DNA from: Octopus sinensis
Taxonomy: Eukaryota
Reading direction: 5' to 3'
Length of the DNA stretch: 64,000 bases
Assembly: GCF_006345805.1 (NCBI RefSeq)
Contig: NC_042999.1
Location: 20,460,001-20,524,000, forward strand
Within the stretch, counting starts at the first letter, position 1, and each line of letters opens with the position of its first letter. The position numbers and the translations under genes were made by a program. The notes under the pieces are model-generated. The model was not told where the DNA came from. It did no database searches and was given only the letters and a program-made list of their open reading frames with translations. Positions 13,339-26,190 of the stretch are shown piece by piece.

Positions 13339-13517
13339 TAAGTATGGAAAACAATTAAACTTTGGAAAAATAAAAATAAAAGTTTTTTAAAAGAATATTT
13401 GCATAGTATTCAAATACAAGGGGCATGTTCCTTGTTTCTGCCTGTTTCTGTCTGTCTTGTTTACTCTTGTGGATTCGAGGTCATATATCAACTCGTGTGT
13501 TCCTTTTCAACCTTCTG

Positions 13518-13569
<52 letters not shown>

Positions 13570-13731
13570 AAGGTATACATGAGTACCTGCATCGCTAAAA
13601 ATAGAAGTCAAAAATACTTCTATGAGACGGAATGGTAACAACATAAATACAGGCATGGCAGGAAAAAGTTCCAGTGAACAATAAAACCGTCTTATCTCGG
13701 CTAAGTTCAGTAAAAGCAATTCTGGTTAATT

Positions 13732-13786
13732 TTGATACTTAGGTTTCGAATTTAGCTCCAAGCAGTGCCTGATTCTCCTCGGTCAA
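13732..13786 (-). ncRNA. Type I hammerhead motif with CCGAGGA (U4C) core
   Basis: Minus strand TTGA-CCGAGGA-GAAT-(20 nt)-ATTC-GAAAC-CTAA-GTA/TCAA. Stem I TTGA/TCAA, stem II GAAT/ATTC, stem III AC/GT, GUA triplet. Confidence 0.65.
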
Positions 13787-13948
13787 CGACAATTAAATTT
13801 GTCTCCAAACACTTTTAAACAAACGCAATACGTGACATTATTTATAAGTAAATAAAGTGTGATAGCATGATCAAAATACCATCACTAATGGCAAGCGAGT
13901 ATCAGCCGCAGAGGCAAATTAATAAATATGCATAGACATAAGACATGG

Positions 13949-14008
<60 letters not shown>

Positions 14009-14037
14009 GTAAAATAATATGTGACAGTTATTCGGTA

Positions 14038-14107
14038 GCCAAGATAACACTCTGAGTTTCGGATGTCGAGGTGGAAATCCACACCACCATCTCTTCAGTT
14101 ATCTGGC
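14038..14107 (-). ncRNA. Type I hammerhead, canonical CUGAAGA core, but GUG at the cleavage triplet
   Basis: GCCAGATAA-CTGAAGA-GATG..CATC-C-GAAAC-TCAGA-GTG-TTATCTTGGC. Stem I AGATAA/TTATCT plus GCC/GGC; near-palindromic stem III ACTC-A-GAGT. Confidence 0.65.
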
Positions 14108-14134
14108 CATCTGAAGAAGGGCTATGAAAAAAGA

Positions 14135-14195
14135 CCGAAGAGATGGTGGTGTGGTTTTCCACCTCGGCATCCGAAACTCAGAGTTTTATTTTGGC
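14135..14195 (+). ncRNA. Hammerhead half with CCGAAGA core; 5' arm of stem I replaced
   Basis: CCGAAGA-GATG..CATC-C-GAAAC-TCAGA-GTT-TTATTTTGGC. The upstream 25 nt come from a different CTGAAGAAGG-type motif (14111-14120). Confidence 0.5.
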
Positions 14196-14319
14196 TACCA
14201 AATAACTGTCACATTATTTTACAGATAAATTTCCTCTATTTACATAATATTGAGGTCTCTTTCTTTCTTTTGTTATCTTATCGTTTTTACCAATATATAT
14301 ATATGTTTGTGTGTGTGTG

Positions 14320-14540
14320 TGTATTCTATTCTACTCTGGGAACAAGGCCCGACATTTTAGTGGAGGGAACCAGTCGATTAGATCGACCCCAGTACGCAAT
14401 TGGTACGTAATTCATTGACTCCGAAAGAATGAAAGACAAAGTCGACCTCGGCGTAATTTGAACTCAGAACATAAAGAGTGATGAAATATTAATAAGCCTT
14501 TTGCCCGGAGTGCTAACGTTTCTGCCAGATCCACCACCAT
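14320..14540 (-). mobile_element. tRNA-derived SINE family B, diverged
   Basis: Reverse complement of the GAGTTCAAATTCCGCCGAGGTCGACTTTGCCTTTCATCC core seen at 45167-45397. Confidence 0.8.
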
Positions 14541-14553
14541 GGCTCTACTTTAA

Positions 14554-14962
14554 GAGTTTTTTGGTGAACGGATTATTCTGAAGGGACTTTGGTCACCTGA
14601 TTTATCACCACCAGACTTTTTTTTTCTGGGGATCAAGTAAAAGATCAGTGTACAAGAATCGCTCGAAAACCATTAATGAACTAAAAGACGCAATCATAAC
14701 CTTCACACGATCCATACCGTGTCAGACGCTCCACGATGTAATTCAAAGGTGTAATTCAAGATGTAATTCAAAACATGTGTAGAAGAGTCAACTTATGTAT
14801 TGAAAATAAAGGACGACATTTTTCAATACCTCTTATAAAGTTTTTTAAAGTCTTATAAAGCCTAATATATTCTTTTATAGTGTTCTGCCATGTTATAAAT
14901 ATTTCTTTTGCAATAAAATACTTACTGTGGAGAGACTTTTTGAACATCCTCTATAAACACGT
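14554..14962 (+). pseudogene. Tc1/mariner (DD37D-like) transposase C-terminal remnant with 3' terminus
   Basis: EFFGERIILKGLWSPDLSPPDFFF.. followed by VYKNRSKTINELKDAI and NMCRRVNLCIENKGRH; frameshifted; TIR-like GAACATCCTCTATA at the 3' end; internal 13-bp triplication at 14736-14772. Confidence 0.75.
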
Positions 14963-15060
14963 CATACATATGTATGTATATTTTATTAATTTAGCATATA
15001 TTGCTGGTATTCGCTGCCAATAGTGATGGTATCTTGATAGTACTATCACTCTTATTTACT

Positions 15061-15140
<80 letters not shown>

Positions 15141-15311
15141 GGTGTAGGAGTGGCTCTGTGGTATGTAGCTTGTTTACGAACCGCTTGGTTCTGGGTTCAG
15201 TCCAATAAATATAGGGTAAAATCTTTATATGAATTTATCAAGTAGTCTGTTTGAAAACATTATAAGGGAAAATTTATAATTATTCCCTTTAAATATATCT
15301 ATTATATTAAG

Positions 15312-15461
15312 GGCACTTCTACACGTAAAGGCCTCAGGCTATGAGGGGCTTTTAAATTCAAAACTACCATCATAACTACCATCATAGATATAAATAAATA
15401 TTACGGTAGATTTTACTCTAAGATTCCCTCACACCGTAAGGCATTTACGTGTAGAAGTGCC
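15312..15461. mobile_element. 150-bp MITE-like element with perfect 18-bp TIR
   Basis: GGCACTTCTACACGTAAA (15312-29) / TTTACGTGTAGAAGTGCC (15444-61); superfamily not assignable. Confidence 0.6.
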
Positions 15462-15582
15462 ATTATTATAATATATATATATTATATATATATAGTTAAT
15501 CCAAACAAAAAAACACAACAACGCGAGGACGTGGAACAAATATAGTATTATTGGACGCTCAGGAAAGAAGGAAAGAAGGAGG

Positions 15583-15617
15583 GTTTAACGTTTCGAGCGG
15601 AGCTCTTCGTCGGAAAC
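15583..15617 (-). ncRNA. Minimal type I hammerhead motif, CCGACGA family (element ~15495-15700)
   Basis: GTTT-CCGACGA-A-GAGC-TCC-GCTC-GAAAC-GTT/AAAC. Stem I 4 bp, stem II 4 bp, palindromic AACGTT stem III (dimer-type). Core identical in 3 copies. Confidence 0.65.
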
Positions 15618-16657
15618 ATAGGAGAAGGAAAGATCCAGAGAAGGAAGACAGAGGAAAAAAAATCGCCAACGGTACACACGAGGTCACATTTTGGAAGACT
15701 GGATATATATGTATGTATGTATGTATATGTATATATATATGTATTATATATGTATACCTACATACATACACACTCATATAACGAGGATGTTAGAATTTAA
15801 GTTCATATTCATTTGAGCTCTACTCTGTGCTATTTACAGTGATTTATTTTGCTGTCACCCTCTCTCTCTCACTCTCTTTCTCTCTCCAACACACGCCACA
15901 CGCACGCACGTCACACGCACGCAAACACCCACCCACACACATAGTTTAATCTATATATCATCCCGTGATTCACCTGTACACATCATCACTGGTATTTCCA
16001 GGTGCATCACCAGATGATGTATGAACATGTACGCGTTGCACGCGCTTGTATGTGTGCGTATGTGTGTATGTATGTGTGTATGTGTGTGTGTGTGTGTGTG
16101 TGTATGTGTGTGTGTGTGTGTGCAGCCATCATACGAATGCCTTCTCGTTAATAATTTCTCCTTAATTGAAACTATACTATTTGACACATAACTCCAAAGT
16201 CCCCCATCGCCTTACAGCAAAATATTACAGCAAACATTTACAATCGCTCTTTTCTATAACTGCTTTCAAATCGTTTAGAAAAAAAACAAAAACCTATCAC
16301 TATGTGCAGGCGTGGCTGTGTGGTAAGGAGCTTGCTTCCCACTGCGCATGTCAGTATTTTTCGTAGCGCTGAAAGAAGTCGCCACGCTGTTGTAGAGCTG
16401 ACGAAATGTTGATTGAAAAAGAAGCTCAACTGTAAGGTGACACTTTTGTTTTTTGGGTCCAGTTGGGGTTTGTTGTTTGCTGTAGCTATTTTTGTACAAA
16501 CAAGAAGTCCTCACTGGATTCTGAACCCTGGTCTGCCTTCAGAAGGGCACAATTTTCCCCATCGCCTTACAGCAAGATATTACAGCAAACATCTACAATC
16601 GTTCTTTTCCATAACTATTTTCAGATCGTTTAAAAAAAGATCAAAGAACATAACTAT

Positions 16658-17015
16658 GTGCAGGCTTGGATGTGTGGTAAGAAGCTTAATCCCCAGCCAC
16701 GTTATTTCGAGCTCACTCTGACAGTGTGGAAACTTGCGCAAGTGGCCGATCAAAGCATTGTGAGTGGATTTGGTAGACGGAAACTGAAACAATCCCGTCG
16801 TTTATATATATATATATATGGGTGTGTGTTTTCGTTTGTTCCCCACCATCACTTGACAATGGATGTTGATGTGTTTACGTCCCTGTAACTTAGCGGTTCG
16901 GCAAACGAGACCGATAGAATAAGAACTAGTCTTACAAACTATAAGTACTGGCTTTGATTTGCTCAACTAAAGGCGGTGCTCCAGCATGGCTGCAGTCAAA
17001 TGACTGAAAGAAGGA
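16658..17015 (+). mobile_element. SINE family A, diverged
   Basis: Colinear with 4862-5262. Confidence 0.85.
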
Positions 17016-17143
17016 GAGGAATTTAAAAATATATATACCCGTTTGAATCTTTGGGTTGTTTTGTACGCGAAATAGTAATTTTAATTCAGAAGTGTTTAGT
17101 AAAATTGTAATGACGATTTCAACCTTACTATTACATACTTTGT

Positions 17144-17380
17144 GGAGGTACGTGGCTTAGTGGTTAGGGTGTTGAATTCATGATCGTAAGGTTGCGGTTT
17201 CGATTCCTGGATCGGGCGATGTGTTGTGTTCTTCAGCAAAACACTTCATTTTCACGTTGCTCCCCAGTCCACTCAGTTGGCAAAAATGAGTAACGCTGCA
17301 ACGGACCGGCGTCCAGTCGAGGTGGGGAATTTCTACGCCACTAAAACCGGCCTTTATGAGCCTGGCATGGCTCGAGAAGG
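17144..17380 (+). mobile_element. tRNA-derived SINE family D (tail type 1); second copy 25925-26151 on minus strand
   Basis: tRNA-like head, AAACACTTCATTTTCACGTTGCTCCCCAGTCCACTCAG central segment, tail shared with 1179-1458. Confidence 0.8.
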
Positions 17381-18469
17381 TACATTTTTTATTACATATT
17401 TAATCCAAGAGCTTATATTTTTACTACCCCGCTGAATGACATAAATTATATTTAATGATAGATATATATGCATGTACTTTACAGACACAGGCAATTCAAA
17501 ATGGACATTTTTTACACTATTTCCTGATTGAAGTTAGGGTACAATCGATGTATCCTACATCGCTATGCGATCAGAATTTATTTTGCCCAAGCTGGTGATG
17601 TTTCTTATTATTCTTTATACTATTGTTTAAAGCGAGTTAAAACCTAATTGAACTAATTTATATGTAAATGTATTCAAGCTAAGACCCCTTTTTGTTTCAG
17701 CAAGACAGTTGTTGTAATCGATTTGAGGTAGATTTCTGATGTGAAAAGCGAACGTGTGGGGCTTTCTACGTTTACAATACTTGTAGCTTGAATAACACTG
17801 TCGGTTATTTAAAAAAAAATCGATGCGAGAAGAACGTAATGAGATATAAATTATCCGATAATTCTAGTCGTCCTGTAGCCGTTCACTGTCCGTTATAATA
17901 TTGCGTTCTAACACAGATAGAAGGTCAAGCATTTGAGTGTGTGTGTGTAGGGGGGAGACCAGTATTTATATTGATACCAGAAACTCACTGTTACCTCATT
18001 TCATCGATCTCACAATGGGGAAAAAAAATTGGTTGTGATTTCAAACCAGAACAGGAAGATCCATCGACAAATATCTCCGATGCCCTACAGATTTTTACAT
18101 GCAACCCCCCCCCACTCCGATTCAATAATAACAGTCATTAGAGAGACATTGTCCTGTTCTGTTTTGTTAAACCTCATTTATTTGCCTGTTGCTTCCCATG
18201 GACTTCACAATGAACTTGATTCAGTGGTCAAATTAAGATTTGAATGTAACACATTTCCCTATGGCAACAAAACATCCAGCTATGTCCAGAATGCTTGTAT
18301 TAAATTACGCGCGCATGCACACAAGTGCAAGCGTTGACCCCCCCACCACACACACAAGCATATGCGCGTGCACACGACCATATACACACATACACACGCA
18401 CACATAAACGCCTAGTAACATACTCACGAATTATAAACACGTATCAGAATATATTCAATTAATACGCGT

Positions 18470-18875
18470 TGGAGTATCTGTGTGGTAAGTAGCTTGCTTA
18501 CCAACCACATGGTTCCGGGTTCAGTCCCACTGCGTGGCACCTTGGGCAAGTGTCTTCTGCTATAGCCTCGGGCCGACCAAAGCCTTGTGAGTAGATTTGG
18601 TAGACGGAAACTGAAAGCCCGTCATATATATCTATATATTTATATGTACGTGTGTGTATATGTTTGTGTGTGTGTGTTGCCCCCCCCAACATCACTTGAC
18701 AACTGATGCTGGTGTTTTGACGTCCCCGTAACTTAGCTGTGCGGCAAAAGAGTCCGATACAATAAGTACTAGGCTCACAAAGAATAAGTTCTGTGGCGAT
18801 TTGCTCGACAAGAGGCGGTGCTCCAGCATGGCCACAGATGACTGAAACAAGTAAAAGTGTAAAAAGAGTAAAGAG
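18470..18875 (+). mobile_element. SINE family A, full length
   Basis: Colinear with 4862-5262. Confidence 0.9.
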
Positions 18876-19014
18876 TCGATGCAGATATACACGAAGCAGC
18901 ATACACTCGCTTCACATGCACGCACGTATTTCAGATTTTTTAATATGCTAGACCACTGGTTTTAAATTGATATTAATCAAATAAATATTCAATTTTTCAC
19001 CCTTATTATTTAAA

Positions 19015-19051
<37 letters not shown>

Positions 19052-19136
19052 TATAAACAACAAAAAACACAAGAACGTGAGGACGTGGAACAAATAAAGT
19101 ATTATTGGACGCTCATGAAAGAAGAGAAGAAGGAGG

Positions 19137-19170
19137 GTTTAACGTTTCGAGCGGAGCTCTTCGTCGGAAC
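19137..19170 (-). ncRNA. Minimal hammerhead motif, CCGACGA family (element ~19045-19240, TA arrays both sides)
   Basis: GTT-CCGACGA-A-GAGCTCCGCTC-GAAAC-GTT/AAAC; core identical to 15583-15617. Confidence 0.6.
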
Positions 19171-19236
19171 ATAGGAGAAGGAAAGATCCCGAGAAGGGAA
19201 GACAGAGAAAAAAATCGCTAGCGGCACTCATGAGGT

Positions 19237-19281
<45 letters not shown>

Positions 19282-19789
19282 CTGAATGTTTTGCGCATAT
19301 ACACCTGTAAATGTATGTCTGCGTTAGTATAAACTAATAAAAATATGTATTGCAGATAATACACCGCTATTTGTGTCCTTCGCCAAATATCAACCTGCGG
19401 TTACTAGCAACATTTGAAATGAAATTTGTTCGTATATAAATAGATGTAAATTGCTCGAAGATATCACATGCCAATTTAGAATTCTTTTTAATATATATTT
19501 TATTTTGCTACCAAATAATCAGCGTCTGTTGTACGTATACAGAAAAGGTTCGGCGGATGAGTGTCTGCAGCTGATGAAGTGTAATGATGCAAAAACATGC
19601 GTCCTACATTCCGATAACGTCATTCATATCCCGACTGTGCGTGCTTTCACATCCTTTTTCTATAAGAGAATAACTCAGTAATAATCTTTCAACATTAGAA
19701 TTTACAAGAACCTTTTAGGTATAAGTGCACATAGCTTCAGCTTATTATCGCTGCTCGTTTCGTGTATTCTGTGATGTTGGCATTGTCTG

Positions 19790-19889
19790 TGCGTGTATGT
19801 ATATATGTACATATAGATATATACGTATTACATACATGCATACATACATACATACATACATACACACATACATATATACATACAAATAA

Positions 19890-19934
<45 letters not shown>

Positions 19935-20179
19935 ACATATACATATACATATACATATATATATGTACGTGTACATAAATGTATGTGTATATGTATATAT
20001 ATATATGTATACATATATATATATATATGTATATATGTACATATATTCATATGTATATACATATATATGTATCTATCTATCTATCTATATATATATAGAT
20101 ATATGCATATACGTATATATAATATATATATAAATAGATAGACATGAATATATTATATATATATATGTGTGTGTGTGTG

Positions 20180-20213
<34 letters not shown>

Positions 20214-20291
20214 CGTATATATAATATATATATAAATAGATAGATAGACATGAATATATATATATGTGTGTGTGTGTTTGTGTATATATAT

Positions 20292-20337
<46 letters not shown>

Positions 20338-20348
20338 TATATATACAC

Positions 20349-20379
<31 letters not shown>

Positions 20380-20400
20380 TGGGGAGAGAGATATGCAAAG
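19790..20400. repeat. Long compound (TA)n/(TACA)n microsatellite with internal ~85-bp repetition
   Basis: Direct reading; ATAGATAGACATGAATAT recurs at ~20135 and ~20240. Confidence 0.9.
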
Positions 20401-20464
20401 ACAGAAATATGCATATACACCAGCATGCAAGCGCATATAAAAATACACGCATGCATACATGCAT

Positions 20465-20497
<33 letters not shown>

Positions 20498-20942
20498 AAC
20501 ACACGCATATACACACGTACATATGACACAGCGAATCTTTTCAAAAAAAAATGAATATAACATTTAAGTAGTTTAGTTTTGAAATGGCGCTGTGAATAAA
20601 TATAAACATAGAAAACGAAAAGAAGAAACGTCTCAATCATTCACCACTCCCGATGAATTGTGATTTGTTTGTATTTATATAACAAAAATGGAATGAAAAT
20701 TATGCAATTTTTTTTTTCTCTTTTGTTTCGAAAAAATACTATGCTGATTTATTTACTTTTTAAAGTGTTTATCTTTTGAGGATGAACTCATTAAAGACAG
20801 GTGAAACTGTGTTAGGAAATAAATATATTTTTCTAATTGAAATATTTCCATCAGTTCAAACCAATTACTATTCATATTATCTGTGTAGTTCGTGCTCACT
20901 CTCTTTGTCTTTCTTCCTCTGTATTTAGCTGTGTGCGTTTCT

Positions 20943-20978
<36 letters not shown>

Positions 20979-21617
20979 CCTCTTTCTCTCTCCTTCTCTC
21001 TCCCTCTTTATCTATCTATATCTATATATATATATATATTTAATTATGCATGTATATTTGCATGAATATGTATATTCATATATACTCATATACAATTACG
21101 TGCATTATATACTTACACACACATATAAACACATATATATATACACACAAATATACATATATATATATGAATATTTATATATGATTATACATATAATGCA
21201 TATGTGTATGCGTATATATGGGCGTGTGTGTATTCATGTATCTATGTATACATGTGTGAAGAAAGAGAGAGAGAGAGAGAGAGAGAAACAGACAGACAGA
21301 CAGAGATTGATAGATTAGTGAAAAGATGATAAATCATGTACATTTCGAAACGATTGTGTGTGTAATTTTGTACCTGTATAATGTCTTTTTTTTCATTTAT
21401 GGAGAAACACACATGCTGATAAACCAACATACAATCACATACAGGAATACGTCCATGTATACATGCATATATACGCACACTCGCTCACAAGTATACACAC
21501 ATTTACACACACACAAACACGTTTGACAAAGCGAAACTTTACAAAAAATGAATATATCTGTTGAGCAGTTAGTTTTGAAATAGCACACACGCACACAAAC
21601 ATTTACATACATATATA

Positions 21618-21827
21618 CAGGGTATCCCAGAATTCGCGCACCATTCTGGTTTTCATTTAAAATAATTTAAGCATTTTATTTTGTTATATTTTTTCTGCAT
21701 GCTTTATTGTAGAGGGTGCTCAATGTGAGTATTTGTTACGATTAATTACAATAAAGTGTTTTTGAAATCAATAAGAGTGTATTCTTTAAAATAAACCAGG
21801 GTGGTGCGCGACTTCTGGAACACTCTG
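21618..21827. mobile_element. Tc1/mariner-type MITE (210 bp), TA TSD
   Basis: CAGGGTATCCCAGAATTCGCGCACCA at 21618 vs inverted CAGAGTGTTCCAGAAGTCGCGCACCA ending 21827; TA on both flanks. Confidence 0.85.
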
Positions 21828-22478
21828 TATATATCTACTTCTGCTTATATGTGTGTGAGAGCGTGTGTATACTTGTGTGTGTATGTGCTTTCGTGTGTGT
21901 CTATTTCCTTGTCTCTTTCTGTGCCTGTGCATATGTAGAGTCAATGTTGTCTCATACCTTACTAGTTGGATATGAGAATTGGATAAGACTGAATGCAAGA
22001 ACAATGTGGTGCAAAGTTTCGGAATTAAAACCCCTTATCAAGAAGTATAAATAGAAGACAATCTCTAAGCTCATGTATACACTTATGCCGAGATTTGGCG
22101 TATTGCGTCACTGTCCATATTATTTTAACCAATTAATAGTACACGGCTTTCGCATTTTTGGTAAAGATAGGCTCATTTTAGTACGTGTGTCTTTGTTTAT
22201 ATATACATGTGTGTGAGTATGTGAGTGTGTGTTCATATGATACGAGTGTATTAGGGTGTATATCTTGAGTAAATGAGAATCTTTGCGTGAATATGTGTAC
22301 GTGTGGGTGTATTTTATGTTTGTGTTCACGTATGTATGTTTGTATGTATTATATATTGCTGTGTGTTCTGATTAAATAGAAATGCATACACAAATATGCA
22401 CACATAGTCAAATATACTTGTATGCCTTCCTTTGGAATATAAAGACACACACACACGACACACGCACGCACACACACA

Positions 22479-22574
<96 letters not shown>

Positions 22575-24618
22575 ATACACACTGGTTCTAATTTCTATTA
22601 TGACACCATCTATAGTTATTGTGTTTATCAAAATAACGATTCTGCCTAATTTGATTATATGTTATTGTAGCAGATAAAGTAGAAGACAGAATGTAAAGAG
22701 ACAGAAATGAGAGAAAGAGAGAAGTGGAAGAGGAAGAAGGGGATGTGTTGAGTCTTCTATCATTATTCTATTACGGTATTCCTGATTGAATAAATAAATA
22801 TATAAATAAATATAACTGAGAAAAGAGAGAAAGCTTAGTTGCTATTTGTGTTTTGAAAGAAAGTTTCTAAAGCCACCTTTAATGTTTCACTACCATAAGG
22901 AGCACTTTGAAAACACTAATTAACTGTCTCATCAATTACTCTCCTTCGCTCTAAAATACTGTACTCACCCTCTACACTTCCTTACTTTCCGTTTCAATTT
23001 CTATGAAGTGGTAAAATAGTTTGATTTACTTCAGCAAAGACGTATGGCTAGATACTACAGAAATTACTCATTATATAGTAAAAGAGTGAGTCCCATAATT
23101 TTCATTGGAGAAAATGAGCTGTACTCCTTCTTTAAGGAGTTAGGCGTCAGTTGCTGTTTACTAAAAGCATTCGCTCGTACCAGTGCCCAGTTTAGTTTAG
23201 GTCAAATGAAACAGACAAGGTTTATGATCACAAGCGATGTTACCATAATTATCCGTCTCATATTCTAACAGTATACACAGGACCATTCATACATTCATCA
23301 CATAACAGTTCAAACTATAACTGTCGAATGCCTAACAATTACCCTCTGGCATGATAATGCCTATAAAAATCTGTTCTGGGAAGCCACTTTTACACAACAC
23401 GATGACATCACGTAATGCTACTGAAGCATGACGGAAAATACCTTTAAGGTAAGATTCACTCAATGCACCTACACTTTCATTTGCTGTGACAGGGTAAACG
23501 CTTTATCCTTCTCCATCTTCACCTGGAGACTTTTACGCCAAAAGAATTCTTGATAGGGGTTCTGTTTACTCACCTGTAGTTCGTAATTTCCAATTCTGCC
23601 TCCGTGTAAAAATGCACATACCTGAGAAGCCTACAGTATATATCAATAGGGAAATCAACCATTCCTATTTTAGTCGCCAAAGACCATGTTCATGAACTAC
23701 AATTCCTTAAACATGGAAACCAAAGAACTACTAACACAAGCCTCACTGATACACTGAGAATGGCAGGAAATATCTATGCTGCCCGTAAGGTTAAAATCTC
23801 TAGTCAAACAGATTAGCACACTACCTGGTAATTGTGATGACTGAGTCCTAAATAATAACAATAAACCGACGCAAACGATCTGCTTGCCCCTGCCCCCCAC
23901 CCACACACGTGTGTATGTGTGTGTGTGTGTGTGCGTGTGCGTACGTGTGTGTGTGCATGCCTGTAAATATGTATACAAATGCAATTTTATATGTATGGTG
24001 ATCGAAAATATTAATAGCGTTCCAATTTTCAAATACGTTTCAAGTATGAGAATGTCGTTCAAAGTCTCACCGACTACATATCCAAAGTGTTCCTTATGTG
24101 GGAACGTTAGGTGTAATTTCAGGGAGACTATTTGTTCGTCCCTGGCTATCTTTTACACGATTAGTGTTCCCCAAATAAAATCGCCGTTATCAGTTCAAAT
24201 CCTTATCCGTGTAAGTACGAAACAGTACGTATTTCTTAACATCAACATACCTTGTTTTAATAATTACTTCTATCTTTTTCTTTATCTCATAGAATTAGCC
24301 TGCCAGTAAATATCATTAAAAAAATAACCCAAAATGGCCGAAAAGCTTCTGATGTTCATGTTGATCCCTGATAGGACGAATTTTGGTCTGCCACAAGTAT
24401 TTATTGTGGAATTCACACAGTACATTCATTAGAAATTTAATCTTAAGGTAAATACTGCAAAAACTGGCCTATCGACAGAATGCGTACATCAAGTAAGCTA
24501 CATAGTTGGATATAAAAATATGATCTTTTTAAAATCTAACAGTATCGTAGCTATATGTTAGCATGTTAATCACAAGGAACTGTTAGACATCACTGCCATT
24601 ATCATCACACTGCTTGGA

Positions 24619-25230
24619 GGCAGCGAGCTGGCAGAATCATTAGCACGCCGGGCGAAATGCCTACCGGTATTTCATCTGCCGTTACGCTCTGAGTTCAAAT
24701 TCCGCCGAGGTCGCCCTTGCCTTTCATCCTTTCGTGGTCGATAAATTAAGTACCAGTTACGCACTGGGGTCGATGTAATCGACTTAATCTGTTTGTCTGT
24801 CCTTGTTTGTCCTCTGTGTGTTTAGCTCCTTGTGGGCAGTAAAGAAATAGGTATTTCATCTGCCGTTACGCTCTGAGTTCAAATTCCGCCGCGGTCGACC
24901 TTGCCTTTCATCATTTCGGGGTCGATAAATGAAGTACCAGTTGAGCACTGGAGTCGATGTAATCGACTTAATCCCTTTGTTGCCCTTGTTTGTCCCTTCT
25001 AAGTTTATCCCCTTCTGGGCAATAAAAGATAAGAATCGTTAGAACGCCGAGAAAATTGCTTAGCGACATTTCGTCTATCCTTACGTTCTGAGTTCAAATT
25101 CCACCACGGTCAACGTTATCTTTCATCCTTTCGGGGTTGAGAAAAACGAGAACCAGTGAAGCACTAGTTCGATGTAATCGTCTTACACCTCTCCCCAAAT
25201 TGCAGGCCTTATTCCAAAATTTGAAATTAT
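24619..25230 (+). mobile_element. Three tandem SINE family B copies (head-to-tail)
   Basis: GAGTTCAAATTCC core recurs at ~24690, ~24875, ~25090. Confidence 0.88.
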
Positions 25231-25876
25231 TATTATCACTCTGCTTGGATATTCACCATCAGAGATTAGTGCAAGGCCGTGAGATTGCAACTAATTTAAA
25301 TTTAATCATATCAATACCTGCGCTTTTAATGACTTCAACAGACGCGAGATTTTTTAAACTGTAGCATACACACACTGCAATAATACATTGCATGAGCAGT
25401 GTATTTTGCAACCCACATAATGCATATTTTTTTCAGAACATTTGATATGCTGATTGCGTTTAATCATTCGTCCAGTCGGCTATTTGTAGTAGTTCTGTTT
25501 GAATCAGTATGGCCATATGCTTTACAATCGCAAGAGAAATCATTACCAACCAGAGTATATTTGCCGTTATTGATATGTTATAACTACCACTAACACCACC
25601 AACAGCAACATCAAGAAAAGCCAGTGGTTGAATGCTAAAGCAATGGGTGACTTTCAGGTGTGGAATTGCATTTAGACGCTGGAACACCTTTCACCTATTG
25701 GAAATTGATATAATATCTTACATATTGTAAGATATTTTGCAACGGTACAGCAATGGAACATATACTAAAAAGGAAGCAAAATTATAATCGAACACATTAC
25801 ACGTAACTACGTACGATCAAATGACATTTTAAAAACAGTACACAAATACGTTTGTATATACATATATATATATGTT

Positions 25877-25911
<35 letters not shown>

Positions 25912-26150
25912 AATGTGCCCTTTTAAAGCCTAGCCAGGCTCATGGGCCCGGTTTCTATGGCGTATGTGTTCCCCAGCTGGACGGGACACCAATCCATCGC
26001 AGCGTTACTCATTTTTGCCAGCTGAGTGGACTGGAGCAACGGGAAATGATGTATTTTGCTCAAAAACACAACGCGTCGCCCGGTCCAGGAAACAAAACCA
26101 CAATCTTACGACCACGCTGTCGACACCCTCACCACTAAGTCATGCGCCTC

Positions 26151-26190
<40 letters not shown>

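Larger units (their letters stand above)
14005..14226. mobile_element. Inverted (head-to-head) pair of PLE-like pLTR segments, each with a hammerhead
   Basis: Arms 14005-14097 and 14136-14226 are reverse complements. The right arm continues to 14290 and is homologous to 58303-58455. Confidence 0.8.

Noticed and set aside
19571-19621. CTGATGA...TACATT-CC-GATAAC-GTC hammerhead-like string
   Set aside because: Needs three insertions in the core and has no adjacent stem I; could be a decayed copy but is unsupported.
22005-22045. Minus-strand TTGATAA-GG..CC-GAAAC motif (U3-A8-like)
   Set aside because: No NUH triplet and no stem I pairing.
25460-25600. Minus-strand GNDFSCDCK resembling an LRR C-terminal cap
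   Set aside because: Short motif, in-frame stops on both sides, no LRR repeats.
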